A stretch of 64,000 nt of DNA from Pseudomonadales bacterium (GTDB lineage: Bacteria; Pseudomonadota; Gammaproteobacteria; Pseudomonadales; Azotimanducaceae), in contig OY843767.1 in assembly GCA_963693125.1 (NCBI GenBank), positions 2,795,549 to 2,859,548 on the forward strand, in the 5' to 3' direction. Shown one piece after another: positions 10,296 through 18,693 of this stretch (its first letter is position 1; each line of letters opens with the position of its first letter). Below the pieces are notes generated by a model. The model was not told where the DNA came from. It ran no database searches and saw nothing but the letters and a program-made list of their open reading frames with translations. A program made the translations under genes and the position numbers.

Positions 10296-11957
10296 CTAAT
10301 TGGAGTTGATCATCTGGTAATAAGACAGACGGTTTTTCGGTTCAAAACTATCTTTAAGCAGTTGTGCCATTGACGACGATATCCCCAATGACTTCTTAAA
10401 AGCGTATATGTGACGATGAGTCCCATCTTCTTTATAATCGACTAAATAAATATCATAGTCATCATACTGGCTTTGTAAGAATTCAATGCTTACGGTAGCC
10501 GCTAAAGAAACCTTTGAAAGCCCAGATCGCTGAGCGTCAGTGGGTGGACTTTTTAGTTTGAAATGTTGCTTATTGTTGTCAGTCACAGGGAGCACCTTTT
10601 CACCGGATACCACCAACGGTGCAGGGTCAATTTGGCGATTGTGATGAAACAGTATGACATCTGGTGACAGTTGTTTCATGTATTGCACATCAATAATGTT
10701 TTTGGCCGGGTACACCGAATTAAGCCCCACCAGATCAACCAAAACATGCCCCCCCCCCCCCCCGATATTGATTCCATTCCAGTATGAAAAGCGCCCTGCT
10801 TCTGTTACTGCTATGGTCAAATCCTTCGGCAGCTTATCGTGCATGGTGTAAGAGGCCCGATTGAAATAGCTAAAAGTCGTCACTTTCATCGACTTGTTGA
10901 CATGATACCCGGCAATGACAACAAAGCCGACTAAATAGACCACCAGCCCCTTCGATAACAGGGCACCAGCTTTCTGTTCTTTGAATCTGGCCAGCAAAAG
11001 CTGTACCAGGACAAAATAGGCCACGATAAATATCGGTGCCTGAAATCTGTAACCGATATTTTGCGATTGATGGACCATCGTCAATGCCACAAATAGCAAT
11101 ATCAGCGGAGACATCAGAACCAGATAGTGCGTTATTTTTTTCGACATGAGTAACAATAAGGCACAGGGTAAGAAGGTATAAAGGTTGGAAACGCCCCATC
11201 TCAGGTTGGTTCTCACGCTCTCGGTTAAATCGGTATGGCCTTTAACATACAAGGGTAACGGCAACAAATTACCAAAGTAATGATAGCGCCAGACGAAATA
11301 AACAACCCCGATAACAAACGCAACTGACATGCCGAGCAGGTAGGTTTTGAATTGCCTGCGCTTATAGACCCTGACCAGACCTGTCAAGGTAAATGCCACG
11401 CCCATGATCACCCCATCGGGCCTGAATAGTGCAATGATAATGGCCAGGTAAGGCACTTTGCTCAGGTGTTCTTCCCGGCTGGTGGCGACAAACGTCAGCA
11501 ATACCAACGCCATATACAAATAGACACTAAAACCGCTCACGGCAGCACGCAGTGGTAATTGCACTGCCCACAATACAACAAACAGACTCATCAAACCGAT
11601 GGTTTTTTTATCCGTCAGTTGTGTACGCATAATTTCATGGGATATCACAGTGGTGATGATGCCCACGCCAACGGAGTTGAGTAAAATCGCCGAGGTGCCG
11701 ACATCCAATCCACTGAGCCCGACTCCAGCCAGCAATAGCAGCCATAAAAAATCTGTTGCCCCTTCTGCACGAGGACCACCAGGATAATAACTAATACCAT
11801 TACCACTGAGTATATTGTCTACATAAATAAACAATATGTAGGCATCTTCATGAAAGTGCCCGTTAGAGATCAGCCACAGGTTATATATAAAAAATACCGA
11901 GGCGCCAACGACACCAATCAACCACAACTTTGCTGGCGAATGCTCAACTGGATTCAT
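10296..11957 (-). CDS. Polytopic membrane protein, GT-C-like candidate arabinofuranosyltransferase, tandem paralog 1 (carries G15 tract)
   Basis: 553-aa ORF. About 10 hydrophobic spans fill residues 10-350, with an acidic HEDAY motif right after TM1. A ~200-aa C-terminal soluble domain follows. Sits directly downstream of the DPA-type donor genes. Confidence 0.65.
   Translation of the reverse strand: MNPVEHSPAKLWLIGVVGASVFFIYNLWLISNGHFHEDAYILFIYVDNILSGNGISYYPGGPRAEGATDFLWLLLLAGVGLSGLDVGTSAILLNSVGVGIITTVISHEIMRTQLTDKKTIGLMSLFVVLWAVQLPLRAAVSGFSVYLYMALVLLTFVATSREEHLSKVPYLAIIIALFRPDGVIMGVAFTLTGLVRVYKRRQFKTYLLGMSVAFVIGVVYFVWRYHYFGNLLPLPLYVKGHTDLTESVRTNLRWGVSNLYTFLPCALLLLMSKKITHYLVLMSPLILLFVALTMVHQSQNIGYRFQAPIFIVAYFVLVQLLLARFKEQKAGALLSKGLVVYLVGFVVIAGYHVNKSMKVTTFSYFNRASYTMHDKLPKDLTIAVTEAGRFSYWNGINIGGGGGHVLVDLVGLNSVYPAKNIIDVQYMKQLSPDVILFHHNRQIDPAPLVVSGEKVLPVTDNNKQHFKLKSPPTDAQRSGLSKVSLAATVSIEFLQSQYDDYDIYLVDYKEDGTHRHIYAFKKSLGISSSMAQLLKDSFEPKNRLSYYQMINSN
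10749..10763 (-). repeat. Homopolymeric G15 (C15 on plus strand) inside paralog 1, encoding GGGGG
   Basis: Counted directly: cc at 10749-50, ten c at 10751-60 and ccc at 10761-63. Paralogs 2 and 3 have only ggggg at the equivalent site. Confidence 0.9.
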
Positions 11958-11978
11958 AGATTCATGCCCTTCGGTTCA

Positions 11979-13625
11979 CTAATTGGAACTGATCATTTGG
12001 TAATAAGACAGATGGTTTTTCGGTTCAAAACTATCTTTAAGCAGTTGTGCCATTGACGACGATATCCCCAGCGACTTCTTAAAAGCGTATATGTGAGAAC
12101 GAAGCTCATCTTCAGGACGATAGATTAAATAAATATCATAGTCATCATACTGGCTTTGTAAGAATTCAATGCTTACAGTAGCCGCTAAAGAAACCTTTGA
12201 AAGCCCAGGTCGCTGAGCGTCAGTGGGTGGACTTTTTGGTTTGAAATGTTGCTTATTGTTGTCAGTCAGAGGGAGCACCTTTTCACCGGATACCACCAAC
12301 GGTGCAGGGTCAATTTGGCGAGCGTGATGAAACAGTATGACATCTGGTGACAGTTGTTTCATGTATTGCACATCAATAATGTTTTTGGCCGGGTACACCG
12401 AATTAAGCCCCACCAAATCAACCAAAACATGGCCCCCGGATTGATTCCAGTATGAAAAGCGTCCTGCTTTTGTTACTGCTATGGTCAAATCCTTCGGCAG
12501 CTTATCGTGCATGGTGTAAGGTACCAGATCCCTATGGTTAGAAGTCGTCATTTCCATCGACTTGTTGACATGATACCCGGCAATGACAACAAAGCCGACT
12601 AAATAGACCATCAGCCCCTTCGATAACAGGGCACCAGCTTTCTGTTCTTTGAATCTGGCCAGCAAAAGCTGTACCAGGACAAAATAGGCCACGATAAATA
12701 TCGGTGCCTGAAATCTGTAACCGATATTTTGCGATTGATGGACCATCGTCAATGCCACAAATAGCAATATCAGCGGAGACATCAGAACCAGATAGTGCGT
12801 TATTTTTTTCGACATGAGTAACAATAAGGCACAAGGCAAGAAGGTATAAAGGTTGGAAACACCCCATCTCAGGTTGGCTTTCACGCTCTCGGTTAAATCG
12901 GTATGGCCTTTAACATACAAGGGTAACGGCAACAAATTACCAAAGTAATTATAGCGCCAGACGAAATAAACAATCCCGATAACAAACGCAATTAACATGC
13001 CGAGCAGGTAGGTTTTGAATTGCCTGCGCTTATAGACCCTGACCAGACCTATCAGGGTAAATGCCACGCCCATGATCACCCCATCGGGCCTGAATAGCGC
13101 AATGATAATGGCCAGATAAGGCACTTTGCTCAGGTGTTCTTCCCGGCTGGTGGCGACAAACGTCAGCAATACCAACGCCATATACAAATAGACACTAAAA
13201 CCGCTCACGGCAGCACGCAGTGGTAATTGCACCGCCCACAATACAACAAACAGACTCATCAAACCGATGGTTTTTTTATCCGTCAACTGTGCACGCATAA
13301 TTTCATGGGATATAACAGTGGTGATGATGCCCACGCCAACGGAGTTGAGTAAAATCGCCGAGGTGCCGACATCCAATCCACTGAGCCCGACTCCAGCCAG
13401 CAATAGCAGCCATAAAAAATCTGTTGCCCCTTCTGCACGAGGACCACCAGGATAATAACTAATGCCATTACCACTGAGTATATTGTCTACATAAATAAAC
13501 AATATGTAGGCATCTTCATGAAAGTGCCCGTTAGAGATCAGCCACAGGTTATATATAAAAAATACCGAGGCGCCAACGACACCAATCAACCACAACTTTG
13601 CCGGCGACTGCTCAACTGGATTCAT
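11979..13625 (-). CDS. Polytopic GT-C-like membrane protein, tandem paralog 2
   Basis: 548-aa ORF. By eye it has only ~10 differences from paralog 1 in the first ~350 residues. Confidence 0.65.
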   Translation of the reverse strand: MNPVEQSPAKLWLIGVVGASVFFIYNLWLISNGHFHEDAYILFIYVDNILSGNGISYYPGGPRAEGATDFLWLLLLAGVGLSGLDVGTSAILLNSVGVGIITTVISHEIMRAQLTDKKTIGLMSLFVVLWAVQLPLRAAVSGFSVYLYMALVLLTFVATSREEHLSKVPYLAIIIALFRPDGVIMGVAFTLIGLVRVYKRRQFKTYLLGMLIAFVIGIVYFVWRYNYFGNLLPLPLYVKGHTDLTESVKANLRWGVSNLYTFLPCALLLLMSKKITHYLVLMSPLILLFVALTMVHQSQNIGYRFQAPIFIVAYFVLVQLLLARFKEQKAGALLSKGLMVYLVGFVVIAGYHVNKSMEMTTSNHRDLVPYTMHDKLPKDLTIAVTKAGRFSYWNQSGGHVLVDLVGLNSVYPAKNIIDVQYMKQLSPDVILFHHARQIDPAPLVVSGEKVLPLTDNNKQHFKPKSPPTDAQRPGLSKVSLAATVSIEFLQSQYDDYDIYLIYRPEDELRSHIYAFKKSLGISSSMAQLLKDSFEPKNHLSYYQMISSN

Positions 13626-13685
13626 AGATTCATGCCCTTAAACTTCCATTGCAGTATGGTTCATCTATCAATGCCTTTCAGTTCA

Positions 13686-15332
13686 CTAATTGGAACTGAT
13701 CATTTGGTAATAAGGCAGACGGTTTTTCGGTTCAAAACTATCTTTAATCAATTGTGCCATTGACGACGATATCCCCAGTGATTTCTTAAAAGCGTATATG
13801 TAAGAAAAAAACTCATTTCCAGAATGATAGACTAAGTAAATATCATAGTCATCATACCGGCTTTGCAAGAATTCAATGCTTACAGTAGCCGCTAAAGAAG
13901 CCTTTGAAAGCCCAGGTCGCTGAGCGTCAGTGGGTGGCCTTTTTAGTTTGAAATGCTGCATATTGTTGTCAGTCAGAGGGAGCACCTTTTCACCGGGTAC
14001 CACCAAAGGTGTAGGGTCAATATGGTAATATTGATGAACCATCATGACATCTGGTGACAGTTGTTTCATGTATTGCATATCAATAGTGTTTTTGGCCGGA
14101 TACACAGAATTAAGCCCCACCAAATCAACCAAAACATGGCCCCCGGATTGATTCCAGTATGAAAAGTGCCCGGCTTCTGTTACTGCTATGGTCAAATCCT
14201 TTGGCAGCTTATCGTGCATGGTGTAAGGGGCTTTATTGCCATGGTGAAAAGTCACCGCATACATCGACTTGTTGACATGATACCCGGCAATGACAACAAA
14301 GCCGACTAAATAGACCACCAGCCCCTTCGATAACACGGCACCAGCTTTCTGTTCTTTGAATCTGGCCAACAAAAGCTGTACCAGGACAAAATAGGCCACG
14401 ATGAATATCGGTGCTTGAAATCTGTAACCGATATTTTGCGATTGATGGACCATCGTCAATGCCACAAATAGCAATATCAGCGGAGACATCAAAACCAGAT
14501 AGTGCGTTATTTTTTTCGACATAAGTAACAATAAGGCACAGGGTAAGAAGGCATAAAGGTTGAAAACGCCCCATCTCAGATTGGTTTTCACGCTCTCGAT
14601 TAAATCGGTATGGCCTTTAACATACAGGGGTAACGGCAACAAATTACCAAAGTAATGATAGCGCCAGACGAAATAAACAACCCCGATAACAAACACAATT
14701 AACATACCGAGTACGTAGGTTTTGAATTGCCTGCGCTTATAGACCCTGACCAGACCTATCAGGGTAAATGCCACGCCCATGATCACCCCATCGGGCCTGA
14801 ATAGCGCAATGATAATGGCCAGATAAGGCACTTTGCTCAGGTGTTCTTCCCGGCTGGTGGCGACAAACGTCAGCAATACCAACGCCATATATAAATAGAC
14901 ACTATGGCCGCCCACGGCAGCAACCAGTGGTGATTGCACCGCCCACAATACAACAAACAGACTCATCAAACCGATGGTTTTCTTATCCGTCAGTTGTGCA
15001 CGCATAATTTCATGGGATATCACAGTGGTGATGATGCCCACGCCAACGGAGTTGAGTAAAATCGCCGAGGTGCCGACATCCAATCCACTGAGCCCGACTC
15101 CAGCCAGCAATAGCAGCCACAGAAAATCTGTTGCCCCTTCCGCATGAGGACCACCGGGATAATAACTAATACCATTACCACTGAGTATATTGTCTACATA
15201 AATAAACAATATGTAGGCATCTTCATGAAAGTGCCCGTTAGAGATCAGCCACAGGTTATATATAAAAAATACCGAGGCGCCAACGACACCAATCAACCAC
15301 AACTTTGCGGGTGACTGCTCAACTGGAGTCAT
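13686..15332 (-). CDS. Polytopic GT-C-like membrane protein, tandem paralog 3
   Basis: 548-aa ORF. Its start overlaps the dprE2-like stop by 4 nt (ATGA). Confidence 0.65.
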   Translation of the reverse strand: MTPVEQSPAKLWLIGVVGASVFFIYNLWLISNGHFHEDAYILFIYVDNILSGNGISYYPGGPHAEGATDFLWLLLLAGVGLSGLDVGTSAILLNSVGVGIITTVISHEIMRAQLTDKKTIGLMSLFVVLWAVQSPLVAAVGGHSVYLYMALVLLTFVATSREEHLSKVPYLAIIIALFRPDGVIMGVAFTLIGLVRVYKRRQFKTYVLGMLIVFVIGVVYFVWRYHYFGNLLPLPLYVKGHTDLIESVKTNLRWGVFNLYAFLPCALLLLMSKKITHYLVLMSPLILLFVALTMVHQSQNIGYRFQAPIFIVAYFVLVQLLLARFKEQKAGAVLSKGLVVYLVGFVVIAGYHVNKSMYAVTFHHGNKAPYTMHDKLPKDLTIAVTEAGHFSYWNQSGGHVLVDLVGLNSVYPAKNTIDMQYMKQLSPDVMMVHQYYHIDPTPLVVPGEKVLPLTDNNMQHFKLKRPPTDAQRPGLSKASLAATVSIEFLQSRYDDYDIYLVYHSGNEFFSYIYAFKKSLGISSSMAQLIKDSFEPKNRLPYYQMISSN

Positions 15333-16060
15333 ATACTCATGCCCTTAAACTTCCATTCAGGAATGGATTTTATGATCAGCATGATGTACTTCCAAATCCA
15401 GCGACAATACAACTCATTACGATTGCCCTGTTGGGCTGTAAAAATCGCCTTTGCAACTTCTTCCGGCTCTGCTGTAAGTTTTTCCGGCAGGCCCATACCT
15501 TTGGTCATCCTGGTGTTAACAAAGCCAGGTTTAACAGTCAAAACACGCACCTTGTGATCATGCAGACGGTTGCGTAGACCGGATAAATAGGTGGTCAGGG
15601 CAGCCTTGGCAGAACCATATAGATAATTGGCCTTACGTCCGCGATCGCCTGCCACCGAACTGATACCAACGATGAACCCTGAACGGCGTGCCGCAAAATC
15701 ATCTGCGATGATATTAAGCATACTGACCACCGAAGTGTAATTGGTGTCTAGAATTGTTCTTGCTTCAACAAAATCGCTTTGCGCTTTTTCCTGGTCGCCC
15801 AGATAACCCACAGCACTTATCACACCCAGGGGCTTTTCCTCCAGGCTATCGTAAAATGCCTGATGGTTGTCAAAATCCAGCATATCCAACTCCGCACACC
15901 TGACCTTGCGACCAAAACGCACAGAAATATCCTGCGCCAATGGCTCAAGGCTACCCGCTTGTCGAGCCGCCAGATACAGGTCGTAACCATTCTCGGCATA
16001 TTGCCGCGCCAGGGCCCTGGCGATATCACTTTTGGCGCCAATTATTAATATGTAACCCAT
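15329..16060 (-). CDS. dprE2: DprE2-like SDR (polyprenylphospho-2-keto-pentofuranose reductase)
   Basis: 243-aa ORF. ISSVAGDRGRKANYLYGSAKAAL, VRVLTVKPGFVNTRM and the C-terminal IPEWKFK tail resemble M. tuberculosis Rv3791 as I recall it. Confidence 0.7.
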   Translation of the reverse strand: MGYILIIGAKSDIARALARQYAENGYDLYLAARQAGSLEPLAQDISVRFGRKVRCAELDMLDFDNHQAFYDSLEEKPLGVISAVGYLGDQEKAQSDFVEARTILDTNYTSVVSMLNIIADDFAARRSGFIVGISSVAGDRGRKANYLYGSAKAALTTYLSGLRNRLHDHKVRVLTVKPGFVNTRMTKGMGLPEKLTAEPEEVAKAIFTAQQGNRNELYCRWIWKYIMLIIKSIPEWKFKGMSI

Positions 16061-16061
16061 G

Positions 16062-17360
16062 TTATAGCTCTAGTCGTTTCGATTGCATGGAATGAAAAGT
16101 TTTGTTCATTTGGTATTTGCATCGCAGGGCCCGGAATTTATCGACGTCTGGATAACCCTGCTCAAAAACCTGCCTGGATACCCGGGCATCCTTGGCCAGA
16201 TATATTCGACCGCCATGAGCCAACACAATTTCGTCAAGTTTATCAAGCAGGGTAAAAAGACCCGGCTCTATTTTGAAATCGAGTGCCAATGAATACCCTT
16301 CCAGTGGGAAAGACAGGTAATTTTCATTCGCAGGACCGTACAACTTGAGCACGGCTAAAAAAGAGCCCTTGCCTGAGTCAGCAATCGTTTTTAGAATTAC
16401 CGACAAGCCTTCAAAACTGGCTTCTTTGGGTAGAATAAATTGATACTGGGTAAAACCATTTTTTCCGTAAATCCGATTCCAATGACCCACAGCATCGAGC
16501 GGAAAGAAGAAACTGTCGATAGACACCTTTTGCTCACTTACCGCCGCTTTGACTTTGCCGTAATATAGCCAGTTAAACGACTTCACCGACAGGGTATTGA
16601 GAGCAAAACCCGGAAGACTAAAAGGCACCGCTGGTTTGCTACTACTTTTATAGTCAAGTTTGCCCTTGGGCAAAAAATCGCCCACCCTCAGCAGGCAGCG
16701 ACCAATATCCGCGCCTTTGGCCAGACAATCAATCCAGGCGACTGAATAAGGGCTGTCAGCGTACTGCTCAAAAGCCTCGAACGTCTCACGTAAATTGGCT
16801 GTTTTAATGGTCGTTTGCCCTATCGTTTTAGCGCCAATTCGTTTGAGTCTGATACGTGCATCAAGCACAATACCTGTCAATCCCATCCCACCACAGGTAG
16901 CATGAAACAAGTCACTGTGCTCGGTGGCAGAGCAGGTCACGATATCACCATTGGGTAACATCAAGCGAAAATCCACCAGGAATTGACTAAAACAACCTGC
17001 CTGATGATGATTTTTGCCATGAACGTCACTGGCAATAGCACCACCGACGGTGATAAGTTTTGTGCCAGGTACCACCTGGAGAAACCAACCTTTGGGCACT
17101 ATAGAACGGATGATATCCGCCAGTAAGACACCGGATTGAACATGCAACACACCCAATTGGTCATCAAAGTGCAAAAACAGATCTCTCGGTCGCATTTGCA
17201 CCATGGCCCTGCTCAGCGCACTGTCGCCATAACTTCGTCCATTACCATAGGCAATTAACGCATTGTGCTCACGTAACATGGTACGCAATTGATCTAAATC
17301 ATCGAATTTCAATGCCTGACCATCACAGGTCGGATAATTGCCCCAACTACGTAAGTTCAT
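16062..17360 (-). CDS. dprE1: DprE1-like FAD-dependent polyprenylphosphoribose 2'-oxidase
   Basis: 432-aa ORF. GNGRSYGDSAL, PGTKLITVGGAIASDVHGKNHH, FTQYQFILP, and C-terminal GGRIYLAKDARV...SKRLEL parallel Rv3790 as I recall it. Confidence 0.75.
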   Translation of the reverse strand: MNLRSWGNYPTCDGQALKFDDLDQLRTMLREHNALIAYGNGRSYGDSALSRAMVQMRPRDLFLHFDDQLGVLHVQSGVLLADIIRSIVPKGWFLQVVPGTKLITVGGAIASDVHGKNHHQAGCFSQFLVDFRLMLPNGDIVTCSATEHSDLFHATCGGMGLTGIVLDARIRLKRIGAKTIGQTTIKTANLRETFEAFEQYADSPYSVAWIDCLAKGADIGRCLLRVGDFLPKGKLDYKSSSKPAVPFSLPGFALNTLSVKSFNWLYYGKVKAAVSEQKVSIDSFFFPLDAVGHWNRIYGKNGFTQYQFILPKEASFEGLSVILKTIADSGKGSFLAVLKLYGPANENYLSFPLEGYSLALDFKIEPGLFTLLDKLDEIVLAHGGRIYLAKDARVSRQVFEQGYPDVDKFRALRCKYQMNKTFHSMQSKRLEL

Positions 17361-17755
17361 GCAGCCTGCTCCGTGAAGACATATTTTCTATCGAGAAAAT
17401 ATTTCATCACATAACCGACAGATAGCCCGATCGCAGCCCCGACATATTTGGCCGCTTCATGATCAAAGTACCAGTCAAACCAAATTTCGGTGCCCCAAAA
17501 AATGAAAGTCGTGAAACCACCCGTCAAAGTATAAGAAACAAACTTCCTGGCGTCCTGAGTTTTAGACGTTGGTTTATGATGGAAAATAAACTTTTTGTCG
17601 AGCACATATTTACATACAAGTCCGGCACCTGTACCATTACACATGGCCAAAACCAGGCCCCCGGTGCCGTCATAAACCCACAGGCTGAGGTACTGGAACA
17701 ACAAATTAAGTAAAATAGAGACAATCGCAAACAGGGTATATTTAAAGGCTATCAT
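17357..17755 (-). CDS. GtrA family membrane protein (Rv3789-like)
   Basis: 132-aa ORF with four hydrophobic spans. Overlaps both neighbours by 4 nt. Confidence 0.7.
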   Translation of the reverse strand: MIAFKYTLFAIVSILLNLLFQYLSLWVYDGTGGLVLAMCNGTGAGLVCKYVLDKKFIFHHKPTSKTQDARKFVSYTLTGGFTTFIFWGTEIWFDWYFDHEAAKYVGAAIGLSVGYVMKYFLDRKYVFTEQAA

Positions 17756-18693
17756 TGGTAAATGATCCAGCCAAAAGAAGCCACCCAGCCAACAATGGTG
17801 AGTTGCAAAAATGTATCTTTGAGTACTATGCGGGTCGGCGAACCACTGTCTTTTTCAACAAAGGCGATTTGTAGGTAGCGCAAGATACCCAACATCACAA
17901 AAAATGCTGTGAGGTAAAGATATTCACTATGCCATTTGGCAGTGACATCGCCAGACGTGGTGTATTGAATATACGAAACAATCACCACTGTTGCTGTGAT
18001 CATCATCGCCACATCGATAAATTGCAAATTATAACCATCGATAACCGTGCGCATTTTTTTGCCGGTATCGAGAAAAATAAGGGTATCGTCACGGCGCTTG
18101 GCCAATGCCATGAAAAGGGCCAGCAGAAAAGTTATGATCACTATCCACATCGACAAATGAATACCGGTAACAACAGAGCCGACAAATAACCGCAATACAA
18201 ATCCGATAGCAATAATGTACACATCGATTATGGCAATGTGTTTTAAATGAAAACTGTAAGCGATGTTCATCACCACATAAGCCAGTAAAATGGCACCGGC
18301 CTGCAATGAGGCTGAAGCGATAAGTCCCCCCCCAACAATAAACAACGAGGTCATTAATATCAGCGCTACCTTACTTGTGACAGCGCCACTGGCCAAAGGT
18401 CGAAAGCGCTTTTCAGGATGCTGACGGTCATCTTCGATATCGCAATAATCGTTAACAATATAAATACCACTGGCACATATACAAAACGCAGCAAATGCCA
18501 AAAAGGACTGCCCAAGAAGCGCCATATTTTGAATATTGCCGGAAAAAAACAAAGGCAGAAAAATAAACAGGTTTTTAATGTATTGATGCGGACGCATCAG
18601 TTTAATGATGTGCTTCATGAATGATGATTCTTGCCTGAATGAGCTTTTGAAACTACTGGCTTTTGCTTGTTTGCCAGGGAGCCGTAACTTCAT
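17752..18693 (-). CDS. UbiA-family polyprenyl-phosphate 5-phosphoribosyltransferase (Rv3806c-like); start uncertain (18693, 18618 or TTG 18726)
   Basis: NDYCDIEDDRQHPEKRFRPLASG is the DPPR-synthase-type first Asp-rich motif. MRPHQYIKNLFIF forms the N-terminal helix. The protein is polytopic. The ATG at 18693 has TAAGG 8 nt upstream. Confidence 0.75.
   Translation of the reverse strand: MKLRLPGKQAKASSFKSSFRQESSFMKHIIKLMRPHQYIKNLFIFLPLFFSGNIQNMALLGQSFLAFAAFCICASGIYIVNDYCDIEDDRQHPEKRFRPLASGAVTSKVALILMTSLFIVGGGLIASASLQAGAILLAYVVMNIAYSFHLKHIAIIDVYIIAIGFVLRLFVGSVVTGIHLSMWIVIITFLLALFMALAKRRDDTLIFLDTGKKMRTVIDGYNLQFIDVAMMITATVVIVSYIQYTTSGDVTAKWHSEYLYLTAFFVMLGILRYLQIAFVEKDSGSPTRIVLKDTFLQLTIVGWVASFGWIIYQ
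18326..18333 (-). repeat. G8 homopolymer inside the ubiA-like gene (codons VGGG)
   Basis: Plus strand reads taagt-cccccccc-aacaata. It translates as IVGGGLI on the minus strand. Confidence 0.9.

Larger units (their letters stand above)
10284..15366 (-). repeat. Three-unit tandem duplication (~1.65-1.7 kb units) of the GT-C-like gene, including relics of the upstream gene's 3' end
   Basis: Near-identical DNA in three units. Each unit ends with ...ttcactaattgga and each start is preceded by (a/g)a(t/c)tcatgccctt. Confidence 0.9.

Noticed and set aside
10870-14574. Three 109-113-aa ORFs (10870-11199, 12538-12867, 14233-14574) are conserved in all three repeat units.
   Set aside because: They lie in an alternative frame of the same strand inside the GT-C-like genes. 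Their conservation is a by-product of the DNA duplication. Their composition is odd (Cys/Arg-rich) and no start context is visible.
10296-15332. A diversity-generating retroelement as the explanation for the hypervariable patches.
   Set aside because: No reverse transcriptase or template repeat is in the window. The patches differ at all four bases and in length rather than at adenine-templated positions.
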